Assembly (NCBI GenBank): GCA_035450185.1
Contig: DAOTMG010000010.1
Location: 2,216 to 66,215 of the forward strand
Direction: 5' to 3'
DNA from: Syntrophales bacterium
Lineage (GTDB): Bacteria; Desulfobacterota; Syntrophia; Syntrophales; UBA2192
DNA length: 64,000 nt
Below the pieces are notes generated by a model, which saw only the letters and a list, made by a program, of their open reading frames with translations, did not search any database and was not told the origin of the DNA. Positions 35,891-43,645 of this stretch are shown here, piece after piece. A program made the position numbers and the translations under genes. How positions within the stretch are numbered: position 1 is the first letter of the stretch; each line of letters begins with the position of its first letter.

Positions 35891-35986
35891 CTACGATGTC
35901 CGGATTTTCACAACCGCTCCCTACGCTGGCATTACCCAGGTCAGGTTCAAGGGGTATGATCTCAGCCGCTCGGGCACCCCCAGGCT
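35853..35986 (-). promoter_or_regulatory. TPP (THI-box) riboswitch, transcription-termination type
   Basis: The minus strand reads GGGGUGCCCGAGCGGCUGAGAUCAUACCCCUUGAACCUGACCUGGGUAAUGCCAGCGUAGGGAGCGG. It contains the invariant CUGAGA, ACCUGA, and CUGGGUAAUGCCAGCGUAGGGA elements of the TPP aptamer, upstream of the thiDN-thi4-thiC genes. Confidence 0.9.
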
Positions 35987-35993
35987 TTTTTCT

Positions 35994-36022
35994 TATATAC
36001 CCTTTTTCCCCCCGATGATCAA
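35994..36022 (-). promoter_or_regulatory. sigma-70-type promoter for the riboswitch-thi operon
   Basis: The minus strand reads TTGATC-17 nt-TATATA, ending about 8 nt before the aptamer 5' end. Confidence 0.45.
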
Positions 36023-36063
36023 GACGATATTCTAACCCGCCTGCCGGGGTATCCCGGGCGGGG

Positions 36064-36843
36064 TCAGCCGATCCCGAAAAGGACCCTCGCGCCTTCGGAG
36101 GTCACCCTGGCCACTTCCTCGAGCGGCACCCCCTTGATCTCCGAGATGCGGCGGGCGGTGTAAAGAACGTAGGCAGGCTCGTTTCGCTTGCCCCGCTTCG
36201 GCACGGGCGTGAGATAGGGGCAATCCGTTTCGACGAGGAGGCTCCGGAGGGGGAGGTTGCGGACAATCGACCTCAGGCGTTCGTTCTTCTCATAGGTGAT
36301 CGTCCCCGGTATGGAAATGTAGAAACCCATGTCCAGACACTGCCTGGCCATGGCCTCGTCGCCGGAAAAGCAGTGGATGACCCCTCTTTTTTTACCCGGC
36401 CGGCGCTTCAGGGCTTCCAGGGTTTCCCGGTGGGCGTCCCGGTCGTGGATCACGACGGGAAGCCCCAGGGCGTCGGCCACCTCGAGCTGTTCCTCGAACC
36501 GCTTGATCTGCCAGTTCCGCGGCGAGAGGTTTCGGAAGAAATCGAGGCCGATCTCCCCGTAGGCAACGACCTTCGGTGATTTCGCAAGTGTCTCGAGGGT
36601 GTCGTAGGTCCGGCCGTCGATGTGCTTCACCTCGTGGGGGTGAATGCCGATGGAGGCGTAGACCGATTCGTACCGGCCGGCGATGTCGACGGCTTTCCGG
36701 CACTCCGCGAGGGTCGTCCCGACGGTGACGATGTGCCGGACACCGGCCTCCTGCGCCCGGCGGATGACGGCATCACGGTCCCGGTCAAAGGCGCTCATCT
36801 CCAGGTGAGCGTGGGTGTCGACGACGAAAGCTTCCGGCGGCAT
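36064..36843 (-). CDS. tatD: TatD family metal-dependent hydrolase
   Basis: VDTHAHLEM N-terminus, IGIHPH, GEIGLDF, VVIHDRDA, HCFSG, LLVETDCPYL motifs. Confidence 0.9.
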   Translation of the reverse strand: MPPEAFVVDTHAHLEMSAFDRDRDAVIRRAQEAGVRHIVTVGTTLAECRKAVDIAGRYESVYASIGIHPHEVKHIDGRTYDTLETLAKSPKVVAYGEIGLDFFRNLSPRNWQIKRFEEQLEVADALGLPVVIHDRDAHRETLEALKRRPGKKRGVIHCFSGDEAMARQCLDMGFYISIPGTITYEKNERLRSIVRNLPLRSLLVETDCPYLTPVPKRGKRNEPAYVLYTARRISEIKGVPLEEVARVTSEGARVLFGIG

Positions 36844-36844
36844 G

Positions 36845-37024
36845 CTACGTCTTCTTTCTTCGTTTCACCGGTTCGATGATCACCTCCACGGCGTTGTCCG
36901 ACGCGTCAGGGACGTTCTTCAAATAAGATTTCAGCGCCTGAGGTGTCATCTCCCCGCGGACGATCTTCAGGGCGACGATCCTCCTGTCCAACAAGTCCTC
37001 ATGCTTTGCCTTCTCCTTTTTCAT
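36845..37024 (-). CDS. small hypothetical protein (59 aa), possibly translationally coupled to tatD
   Basis: ATG 37024 is preceded by GGGAGGGG. The stop is 1 nt before the tatD start. There are no recognisable motifs, and the tracked 83-aa ORF start overlaps the permease gene end. Confidence 0.3.
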   Translation of the reverse strand: MKKEKAKHEDLLDRRIVALKIVRGEMTPQALKSYLKNVPDASDNAVEVIIEPVKRRKKT

Positions 37025-37088
37025 CTCTCGGTCCCCTCCCTGATCCGATGGACTTTCCTGACATTTACAAGAAACGGAACATCGATCC

Positions 37089-37922
37089 CTAATCACGGAG
37101 CCTGGGATCGAGGGTGTCCCGGATTCCCTCGCCCAGCATGTTGTAGCCGAGCACCGTCACCAGGATGGCCAGCCCCGGGAACAGGGACAGCCACCAGGCG
37201 ATATCGATGTTGTCTTTCCCCGCCGTGAGGATGTTCCCCCAGCTCGGTGTAGGGGGCTGGACGCCGATCCCGAGAAAGCTCAGGGCGGACTCCGTGAGAA
37301 TGGCCCCGGCGATGCCCAGAGTCGCCGCCACGAGGATCGAGGCCATGGCGTTCGGCAGGATGTGAACGAAGATGATTCTGAAATCGCTGGCGCCGATCGC
37401 CCTCGCGGCCTGCACGAAATCCCTCTCCTTCAGGCTGATGAAATCGGCCCGGACGAGGCGCGTGATGCCCATCCAGCCGGTGATCCCGATGATGATCATG
37501 ATGTTCCATATGGAGGGCTCCAGCACGGCGATGACCGCCAGGATGAGAAAGAACGTGGGGAAGCACAGCATGATGTCCACGAACCGCATGATGAACGCGT
37601 CCACCCCGCGGCCGTAATACCCCGCTACGGCGCCGAGCAGGGTCCCGATGAGAATGGCAATTCCCGTGGAGACGAATCCGACCTTGAGGGAGATCTGCGA
37701 TCCCCAGATCATCCGGCTCAGAACGTCACGCCCCAGTTGATCCGTCCCCAGCCAGTGCTTCGCCGACGGTGCGGCGAGGATGTTGTCGAGGTGAATCTCC
37801 GTCGGGTCGTAGGGGGAGATCCAGGGTGCAAAAAGTGAGACGACGAAGAGGCATACCACGATGATCGCTCCCGCGAGGGCCAGTTCGTTTTTTGCGAATC
37901 GCCGCCAGAAATCTCTTTCCAT
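37089..37922 (-). CDS. ABC transporter permease (DppC/OppC-like, peptide/nickel family)
   Basis: BPD_transp_1 EAA-loop region FVQAARAIGASDFRIIFVHILPN, six TM helices, and the N-terminal OppC-type helix. Confidence 0.85.
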   Translation of the reverse strand: MERDFWRRFAKNELALAGAIIVVCLFVVSLFAPWISPYDPTEIHLDNILAAPSAKHWLGTDQLGRDVLSRMIWGSQISLKVGFVSTGIAILIGTLLGAVAGYYGRGVDAFIMRFVDIMLCFPTFFLILAVIAVLEPSIWNIMIIIGITGWMGITRLVRADFISLKERDFVQAARAIGASDFRIIFVHILPNAMASILVAATLGIAGAILTESALSFLGIGVQPPTPSWGNILTAGKDNIDIAWWLSLFPGLAILVTVLGYNMLGEGIRDTLDPRLRD

Positions 37923-37974
37923 CCGTTGAACCCTCCGGGACGAAGGCGTCCCGACTGCAGCACACAGACCCCCT

Positions 37975-38949
37975 TCAGGAGATCCGGATTCTCGGGTCGG
38001 CCAGGGCGTAGGAGATGTCGGCCAGGAGATTCCCCAGAAGGGTCAACACGGCCCCGATCACCAGAATGCCCATGACGACGGGGTAGTCCCGGGACATGAC
38101 GGACATGTAGAAGAGCTGGCCCATTCCGGGAATACCGAATATGGTCTCAAAGATCACGCTTCCGCCGATCAGCCCCGGCACGGAAAGCCCCAGGAGCGTG
38201 ATGACGGGCAGAAGCGCATTCCGCAGCGCGTGTTTGTAGATCACCGTCCGTTCCGACAGGCCCTTGGCCCGGGCCGTCACGATGTAATCCTGCCGGATGA
38301 CCTCGAGCATGTTGGAACGCATGTATCGGGAAAGCCCCGCGAGCCCTCCGAAGGCGGCGAGTGTCACGGGAAGAATGAGGTGCTTGAGCAGGTCGAGCGC
38401 AGCCGCAAGCGGCGGCATGTACTCGTAATTCAGGGAACGGAGACCCGAGATGGGCAACCAGTCGAGATTCACCCCGAAGAGGATCATCAGCAGGAGGGCC
38501 AGCCAGAAGGTGGGGACGGCAAAGCCCACGAAGACGAAGACACCGGTCAGTTTGTCGAAGAGAGAGCCCTGGTGCACCGCCGACAGCACGCCGATGGGGA
38601 TCGCGAGCGACAGGATCAGGAGCATGGACAGGATGTTCAGGGAAATGGTGACGGGGAGCCGCTCGAGGATCTTGTCGGAAACCTTCCTGCGATCGGGCGA
38701 GAAGGATGTCCCCAGGTCGAGGACGGCGAGCTTCCGCACCCAGAGGAAGTACTGGATGTGGAGGGGCTTGTCAAGGTCGTACATCGCCCTCAGGCGCTCC
38801 CTCAGCTCGGCAGAGGCCCTGGGGTTCATCTGGGTCTGAAGGTCCGTCGGCGAGCCGGGGGCAAGGTGCATGACGGAGAAGCAGATGATCGTGATCCCGA
38901 AGAGGAGGGGGATCATGAAGACGATTCTTCTCAGCGTGTAACGAAGCAC
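37975..38949 (-). CDS. ABC transporter permease (DppB/OppB-like)
   Basis: [35 protein letters not shown]-terminus and the EAA loop [27 protein letters not shown]. Confidence 0.85.
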   Translation of the reverse strand: MLRYTLRRIVFMIPLLFGITIICFSVMHLAPGSPTDLQTQMNPRASAELRERLRAMYDLDKPLHIQYFLWVRKLAVLDLGTSFSPDRRKVSDKILERLPVTISLNILSMLLILSLAIPIGVLSAVHQGSLFDKLTGVFVFVGFAVPTFWLALLLMILFGVNLDWLPISGLRSLNYEYMPPLAAALDLLKHLILPVTLAAFGGLAGLSRYMRSNMLEVIRQDYIVTARAKGLSERTVIYKHALRNALLPVITLLGLSVPGLIGGSVIFETIFGIPGMGQLFYMSVMSRDYPVVMGILVIGAVLTLLGNLLADISYALADPRIRIS

Positions 38950-38960
38950 GGAGCGCTCCC

Positions 38961-40289
38961 CTACCCTCGACCCACACAGATATAGACGAACCCCTTGTGC
39001 TTCATCTCCACGGGGTCGTACTGATTCCGGCCGTCAAAGATCACCGGCGTTTTCAGCAGCTTCTTCACCCGTTCAAAGTCCGGCTTCCGGAACAGGCGCC
39101 ATTCCGTCAGAAGGAGCAGGGCATCGGCACCGGCCAGGGTGTCGTAAGGGTTGTCGCAATAGGTCACGTTCGGGTTTTCGCCCAGCACCCTCTTGGCGCT
39201 GGGGATCGCCTCGGGGTCGTAGGCCTGAACCCTGGCCCCTTCTTGCACCAGGATCGACAGGATGGCGAGCGCCGGCGATTCCCGAACGTCATCGGTGTTC
39301 GGTTTGAAGGCAAGACCCCAGACAGCGAGGGCCTTTCCCCTGATTCCCCCGCGGTCCTCGAAATACTGAATCACCTTGCCCGCCATGATCAGGCGCTGGC
39401 GCCGGTTGACGTCGTCGACGGCCACGAGCAGCCCCGGATCCCATTGGTTCTCCTTCGCCGTGTTGATGAGGGCTTTCATGTCCTTGGGAAAACAGGACCC
39501 GCCGTAGCCGATCCCCGGATAGATGAAGCTGTAGCCGATCCGGCGGTCGGATCCGATCCCCCTGCGCACGAGGGACACATCGGCGCCCACCCGCTCGCAG
39601 ATGTTTGCGATCTCGTTCATGAATGAAATGCGGGTGGCGAGCATCGCGTTGGCGGCGTACTTCGTCATCTCCGCGCTCCGGTTGTCCATGATGATCAGCT
39701 TTTCCCGCTCCATGGCAAAGGGCGAGTAGAGTTCCTTCATGAGTTCGGCCGTTCGCACGTTATCCGTCCCGATGACGACGCGGTCCGGCTTCATGAAGTC
39801 GTTGATGGCGTCCCCCTCTTTCAGAAACTCGGGGTTGGAGACCACGTCAAACTCGACGGTGAGCCCCCGGGCGGCCAGTCTCGCCTGGATGATCTTCTTG
39901 ACCCTGTCGCAGGTCCCGACGGGGACCGTCGATTTCAGAACGACGATCTTGTACTCCTCGATGAACTCGCCGACTTCCCGGGCGACGTTCTCGACATAGG
40001 TCGTATCCGCCGCGCCGTTTTCGTCCTGCGGCGTGCCCACGGCGATGAAGACCACGAGCGCATTTCGGACGGCCTCCTCCAGGGCCGTCGTGAACTTCAG
40101 CCGCCCGTCCTCGTAATTTCTTTTCACCATCGACTCGAGGCCCGGTTCGAAGATCGGTATGATGCTTTTCTTCAGGTTCTCGATTTTCTTTTCATCTACA
40201 TCGACGCAGATCACCTCGTTTCCCATCTCGGCAAAACAGGCGGCGGCGACGAGTCCCACATACCCTGCCCCGACAAACGCAAGCTTCAT
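38961..40289 (-). CDS. ugd: UDP-glucose 6-dehydrogenase
   Basis: [30 protein letters not shown] Rossmann N-terminus and the catalytic GGSCFPKD motif. 442 aa. Confidence 0.9.
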   Translation of the reverse strand: MKLAFVGAGYVGLVAAACFAEMGNEVICVDVDEKKIENLKKSIIPIFEPGLESMVKRNYEDGRLKFTTALEEAVRNALVVFIAVGTPQDENGAADTTYVENVAREVGEFIEEYKIVVLKSTVPVGTCDRVKKIIQARLAARGLTVEFDVVSNPEFLKEGDAINDFMKPDRVVIGTDNVRTAELMKELYSPFAMEREKLIIMDNRSAEMTKYAANAMLATRISFMNEIANICERVGADVSLVRRGIGSDRRIGYSFIYPGIGYGGSCFPKDMKALINTAKENQWDPGLLVAVDDVNRRQRLIMAGKVIQYFEDRGGIRGKALAVWGLAFKPNTDDVRESPALAILSILVQEGARVQAYDPEAIPSAKRVLGENPNVTYCDNPYDTLAGADALLLLTEWRLFRKPDFERVKKLLKTPVIFDGRNQYDPVEMKHKGFVYICVGRG

Positions 40290-41092
40290 AGGTTCCCTCC
40301 CGGATGATCCAATAAGTTCGTCTCCCGGATATACGCCAGCGTATCCCAGAGGTTCTGTTCCGTATGCGGTTCGACCGTCACAATGGGGGATATCCCTTTT
40401 CCCCGGAGAAAGGCGAAAAGTCGATCGAAGGGAAAATTCCCCTTCCCCACGGGCAGATGATCATCGGTCGAACCCTCATTGTCGTGGAGGTGCAGTTCCC
40501 CCACATATCGCCCCAGCCTCTCGAGCCACAGGGTGAGATCGGTCTTCGAGTAGGCGTTGAAATGCCCCGTGTCGAAACAAAAACGCAGGCAGGGGGAGTT
40601 CACCTGATCGAGGAGGGCCCCCAGGCAGCCGGGATCGGATTCATAAACATTCTCGAGCATGATGACGGTATTCATGTCCTTCGCCTTTTCCGAGAACATC
40701 CTCCAGGTCAGGACGCTGTTTTCGAGCCAGCGGGCACCGGTGGTCACGTAGTAGCGTTCATCAAAGGACGGATGACAGACAACGGAACTGGGCTGAAAGG
40801 CGGGCACCAGGTCAAAGACCTGGTTCAGTCGGTCGATCGTTACCTGACGGATCCGCGGGTCCAGGGCCCCGGGCCTCAGATCCATGAACGGTGCATGAAA
40901 GGTGATGCGAACCCCCGTTTCCCGCAGGATATCGGCCACGCGAAGAAATTCTCCCCTGGGCGTGCCGTCGAGGACATGGCAGTTGAAGCCGATTTCGGGA
41001 TTGATCTTCTCTTTGACGACAATGGGGAGATACTGGTGAAGGAGCTGCTGGAAGGGAAGGTTCACTTGTATTTTTTTAAGGATATCGCGCAT
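40286..41092 (-). CDS. sugar phosphate isomerase/epimerase (xylose-isomerase-like TIM barrel)
   Basis: 268 aa with the AP_endonuc_2-type pattern (FHAPF, MLENV, CFDTGHFN, LHLHDN). 4-nt overlap with the ugd start. Confidence 0.7.
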   Translation of the reverse strand: MRDILKKIQVNLPFQQLLHQYLPIVVKEKINPEIGFNCHVLDGTPRGEFLRVADILRETGVRITFHAPFMDLRPGALDPRIRQVTIDRLNQVFDLVPAFQPSSVVCHPSFDERYYVTTGARWLENSVLTWRMFSEKAKDMNTVIMLENVYESDPGCLGALLDQVNSPCLRFCFDTGHFNAYSKTDLTLWLERLGRYVGELHLHDNEGSTDDHLPVGKGNFPFDRLFAFLRGKGISPIVTVEPHTEQNLWDTLAYIRETNLLDHPGGNL

Positions 41093-41333
41093 GACGGCCT
41101 TTCAGCACTTCATGAACCCGGCGAGCGGTTTTGTACCATACCGGGGGTGATTAAACAACCGCGAATTGGTGTTGCCGTGGCGACCGGGGTCGAACGGAAG
41201 GAATTCCGTCACCCGGCCGCCACGAACCCACCCGGGCATTTTCAGTTTGACAGTATAGTAAAAATCTGCTAGCAAAACAAGGGCTTATCCATTACCTGAA
41301 GAATCGGGGCATCCGGCGGCAGGGCAGGGTTAT

Positions 41334-41729
41334 TTGAAAAGAAAAAAAGACGATACGAAGAAAAAAGTCCTTCTTTGCGTTAATGCGGCCCTTGAAAAAA
41401 AGGCGAAGGATATCACCATATTGAACATGCAAAAGGTGACCTCCTTCACCGATTACGCCATCATCTGTAGCGGTAATTCCGACCGGCAGGTTCAGAGCAT
41501 CGCCCAGGCCATCGAGGAACACATGAAGAAAAACGGTTTTCTGCCTCTCGGCATCGAGGGGGAAAAAACGGCCCGGTGGATCCTCATGGACTACGCCGAC
41601 ATCATCGTTCATGTCTTCTACGAACCTGTCCGGGATTTCTACGATATCGAGCGACTCTGGTCGGATGCCCCTCGAATGGAAGTCGAAAACGACACCGACA
41701 GAGTAACCCGCCTCCGCAAGGGGATGTGA
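41334..41729 (+). CDS. rsfS: ribosome silencing factor RsfS
   Basis: LEKKAKDITILNM...TDYAIICSGNSDRQVQSIAQAIEE...WILMDYADIIVHVFYEPVRDFYDIERLW is the canonical RsfS/iojap pattern. The start codon is uncertain (TTG 41334). Confidence 0.85.
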   Translation: MKRKKDDTKKKVLLCVNAALEKKAKDITILNMQKVTSFTDYAIICSGNSDRQVQSIAQAIEEHMKKNGFLPLGIEGEKTARWILMDYADIIVHVFYEPVRDFYDIERLWSDAPRMEVENDTDRVTRLRKGM

Positions 41730-41732
41730 TTC

Positions 41733-42455
41733 TTGAAAACGATCCTGAGAGGCCTCGCCGACGTTCTCTTTCCGCCGGCATGCGTCGTCTGCGGAGAGAT
41801 CCTTGACGAGGACCTCCCCTTTTCGTTCTGCCGCGACTGTTTCTCCGGAATCCGGTTCATTGACCCCCCCCTGTGCCCCGGCTGCGGTATGCCCTACGCC
41901 GCCGGGTCGGCGAGTGATCACCCCTGCGGGGACTGTCTCTCCCGGAAACAGCACTTCACCGCCGCCCGCTCCCTGGGCGTTTACGAGAATGCGCTCCTCA
42001 AGGCCATTCAGCGCTTCAAGTACCAGGGCAGCCTCCATGTCGGGGAGGCGCTGGGTTCCCTCATGGCATCCCATCTCTATCCGGCCTTCGACAGGACCGA
42101 ATACGACGTGATCATGCCCGTCCCCCTTCACGTGAACCGGCTCAGGGAAAGGGGGTTCAATCAGTCCCTGCTGCTCGCCAGGGCCATCGCTCGGACGTCC
42201 CCGGCCGAGCTTGACTTCACAACCCTTCGGAGAGCCGTGGGTACGGCGTCCCAGACCGGGCTCAAGAAGGAGGATCGTGCGAAAAACGTGCGCGGGGCTT
42301 TCGAACTTGCGGACGGATCCCGCGTGAAAGGAAAGAAAGTGCTTGTCATCGACGACGTCTACACGACGGGCAGCACCGTCCGGGAGTGTGCACGGGTTTT
42401 AATGAAAGGGGGCGCCGGAAGCGTGGGGGTCCTCACCCTCGCGCGGGCCCTGTAG
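41733..42455 (+). CDS. comF: ComF family protein (amidophosphoribosyltransferase-like)
   Basis: N-terminal double CxxC zinc motif (PPACVVCGE...FCRDC; CPGCG...CGDC) and the C-terminal PRTase motif VLVIDDVYTTGST. Confidence 0.85.
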   Translation: MKTILRGLADVLFPPACVVCGEILDEDLPFSFCRDCFSGIRFIDPPLCPGCGMPYAAGSASDHPCGDCLSRKQHFTAARSLGVYENALLKAIQRFKYQGSLHVGEALGSLMASHLYPAFDRTEYDVIMPVPLHVNRLRERGFNQSLLLARAIARTSPAELDFTTLRRAVGTASQTGLKKEDRAKNVRGAFELADGSRVKGKKVLVIDDVYTTGSTVRECARVLMKGGAGSVGVLTLARAL

Positions 42456-42467
42456 GCAGGAGGGTCT

Positions 42468-42953
42468 ATGGGTCGGATACTTTCACGGGTCGAACTGAAG
42501 AAGGAAGTTGAAAAACTGAAGCAGGCGGGGAAAAAGATCGTCTTCACGAACGGCTGTTTCGACATTCTCCACACCGGCCACACGCGCTACCTGAGAGAGG
42601 CCAGGAAACTCGGCGATGTTCTCGTTCTGGGGTTAAACAGTGACGACTCGATCCGCTCCATCAAAGGAGAAAAAAGACCGATTGTGCCCGAGGCGGAGCG
42701 CGCCGATGTCCTGTCGTCGCTCGAGTCGGTCGACTATCTCACCATCTTCAACGAACTCACTCCTCTGGAACTCATCGAGCTTCTGAAACCGGACGTGCTC
42801 GTGAAAGGCGGGAACTGGGCCGAGAAGGATATCGTGGGCGGGGACGCCGTCAGGAAATGGGGGGGTACGGTGGCCGTCATCCCTGAAATCAAAGGCGCCT
42901 CCACAACCAACATCATTGAGAAGATCATGCAGGTATACGGCGGTCGGAAATGA
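42468..42953 (+). CDS. D-glycero-beta-D-manno-heptose 1-phosphate adenylyltransferase (RfaE domain II-type cytidylyltransferase)
   Basis: KIVFTNGCFDILHTGHTRYL (HxGH nucleotidyltransferase motif), LGLNSDDSIRSIKGEKRPI, and the C-terminal STTNIIEKI. Confidence 0.85.
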   Translation: MGRILSRVELKKEVEKLKQAGKKIVFTNGCFDILHTGHTRYLREARKLGDVLVLGLNSDDSIRSIKGEKRPIVPEAERADVLSSLESVDYLTIFNELTPLELIELLKPDVLVKGGNWAEKDIVGGDAVRKWGGTVAVIPEIKGASTTNIIEKIMQVYGGRK

Positions 42954-43077
42954 GAGTCCATGCCCTTGCGTTGCAGCCGGGAAAGGAATTTTTTTTCTTT
43001 ACAAACTTTCTATTTTTCTGTATACGATATCGCTTCAAAATAGCGAAAGAGCCTTTCGCAAGTGGGGATTTCGCCGG

Positions 43078-43440
43078 ATGAAACCTGAAAAAATAAAATA
43101 TTTCAGGAAACTTCTGAATCAGAAAATCAACGAGCTTCTGACGGAGGCGGGCAAGACGGTCTCCGAGATGACGGACGAGAAGGAGAACTTCCCCGATCCC
43201 AATGACAGGGCATCCCTGGAGTCGGACAGAAACTTCGAACTCAGGATCAGAGACCGCGAGCGGAAACTGATCGGCAAGATGCAGGAAGCCCTCAAAAGGA
43301 TCGACGAGGGCACCTTCGGGATCTGCGAGAAGTGCGGAGGGCCCATCTCCGAAAAAAGGTTGATGGCGAGACCCGTCACGACCCACTGCATCGACTGCAA
43401 GACCAGGGAAGAGAAGCTCGAAAAACTCAGGGGCGAGTGA
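43078..43440 (+). CDS. dksA: DksA/TraR family C4-type zinc-finger RNA polymerase-binding regulator
   Basis: 120 aa. Coiled coil with the acidic tip DPNDRASLESD and the zinc finger CEKCGGPI...CIDC. The tracked ORF start 42916 overlaps the upstream gene. Confidence 0.85.
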   Translation: MKPEKIKYFRKLLNQKINELLTEAGKTVSEMTDEKENFPDPNDRASLESDRNFELRIRDRERKLIGKMQEALKRIDEGTFGICEKCGGPISEKRLMARPVTTHCIDCKTREEKLEKLRGE

Positions 43441-43588
43441 CCACTTCTCCCGTCCCTCCAGAGAAGCCCTTACCGAAACTATCCCTTCTTCTGCTGAATC
43501 ATGTCAAGCCGGGCTGTTCCTTGCGCCGCGGAGTGCGTGTCCCCCCGGGTAACATGGAATGTGGGGCCATTCGCCCCGATTCCGTCGC

Positions 43589-43617
43589 TTCAAATCCTCA
43601 CCGTATTGGGATATAAT
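43589..43617 (+). promoter_or_regulatory. sigma-70-type promoter upstream of priA
   Basis: TTCAAA-17 nt-TATAAT (perfect -10), ending 29 nt before priA ATG 43646. Confidence 0.5.
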
Positions 43618-43645
43618 CCCCCCACTTTTGCGGGAGCGGGAGAGA

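Noticed and set aside
41183-41200. GGGGTCGAAC resembles a tRNA T-arm (GGTTCGAA), raising the possibility of a tRNA gene in the 41.1-41.3 kb gap.
   Set aside because: No acceptor stem, D-arm or anticodon arm geometry can be built around it. The sequence instead folds into a simple nested hairpin, reported separately at low interest.
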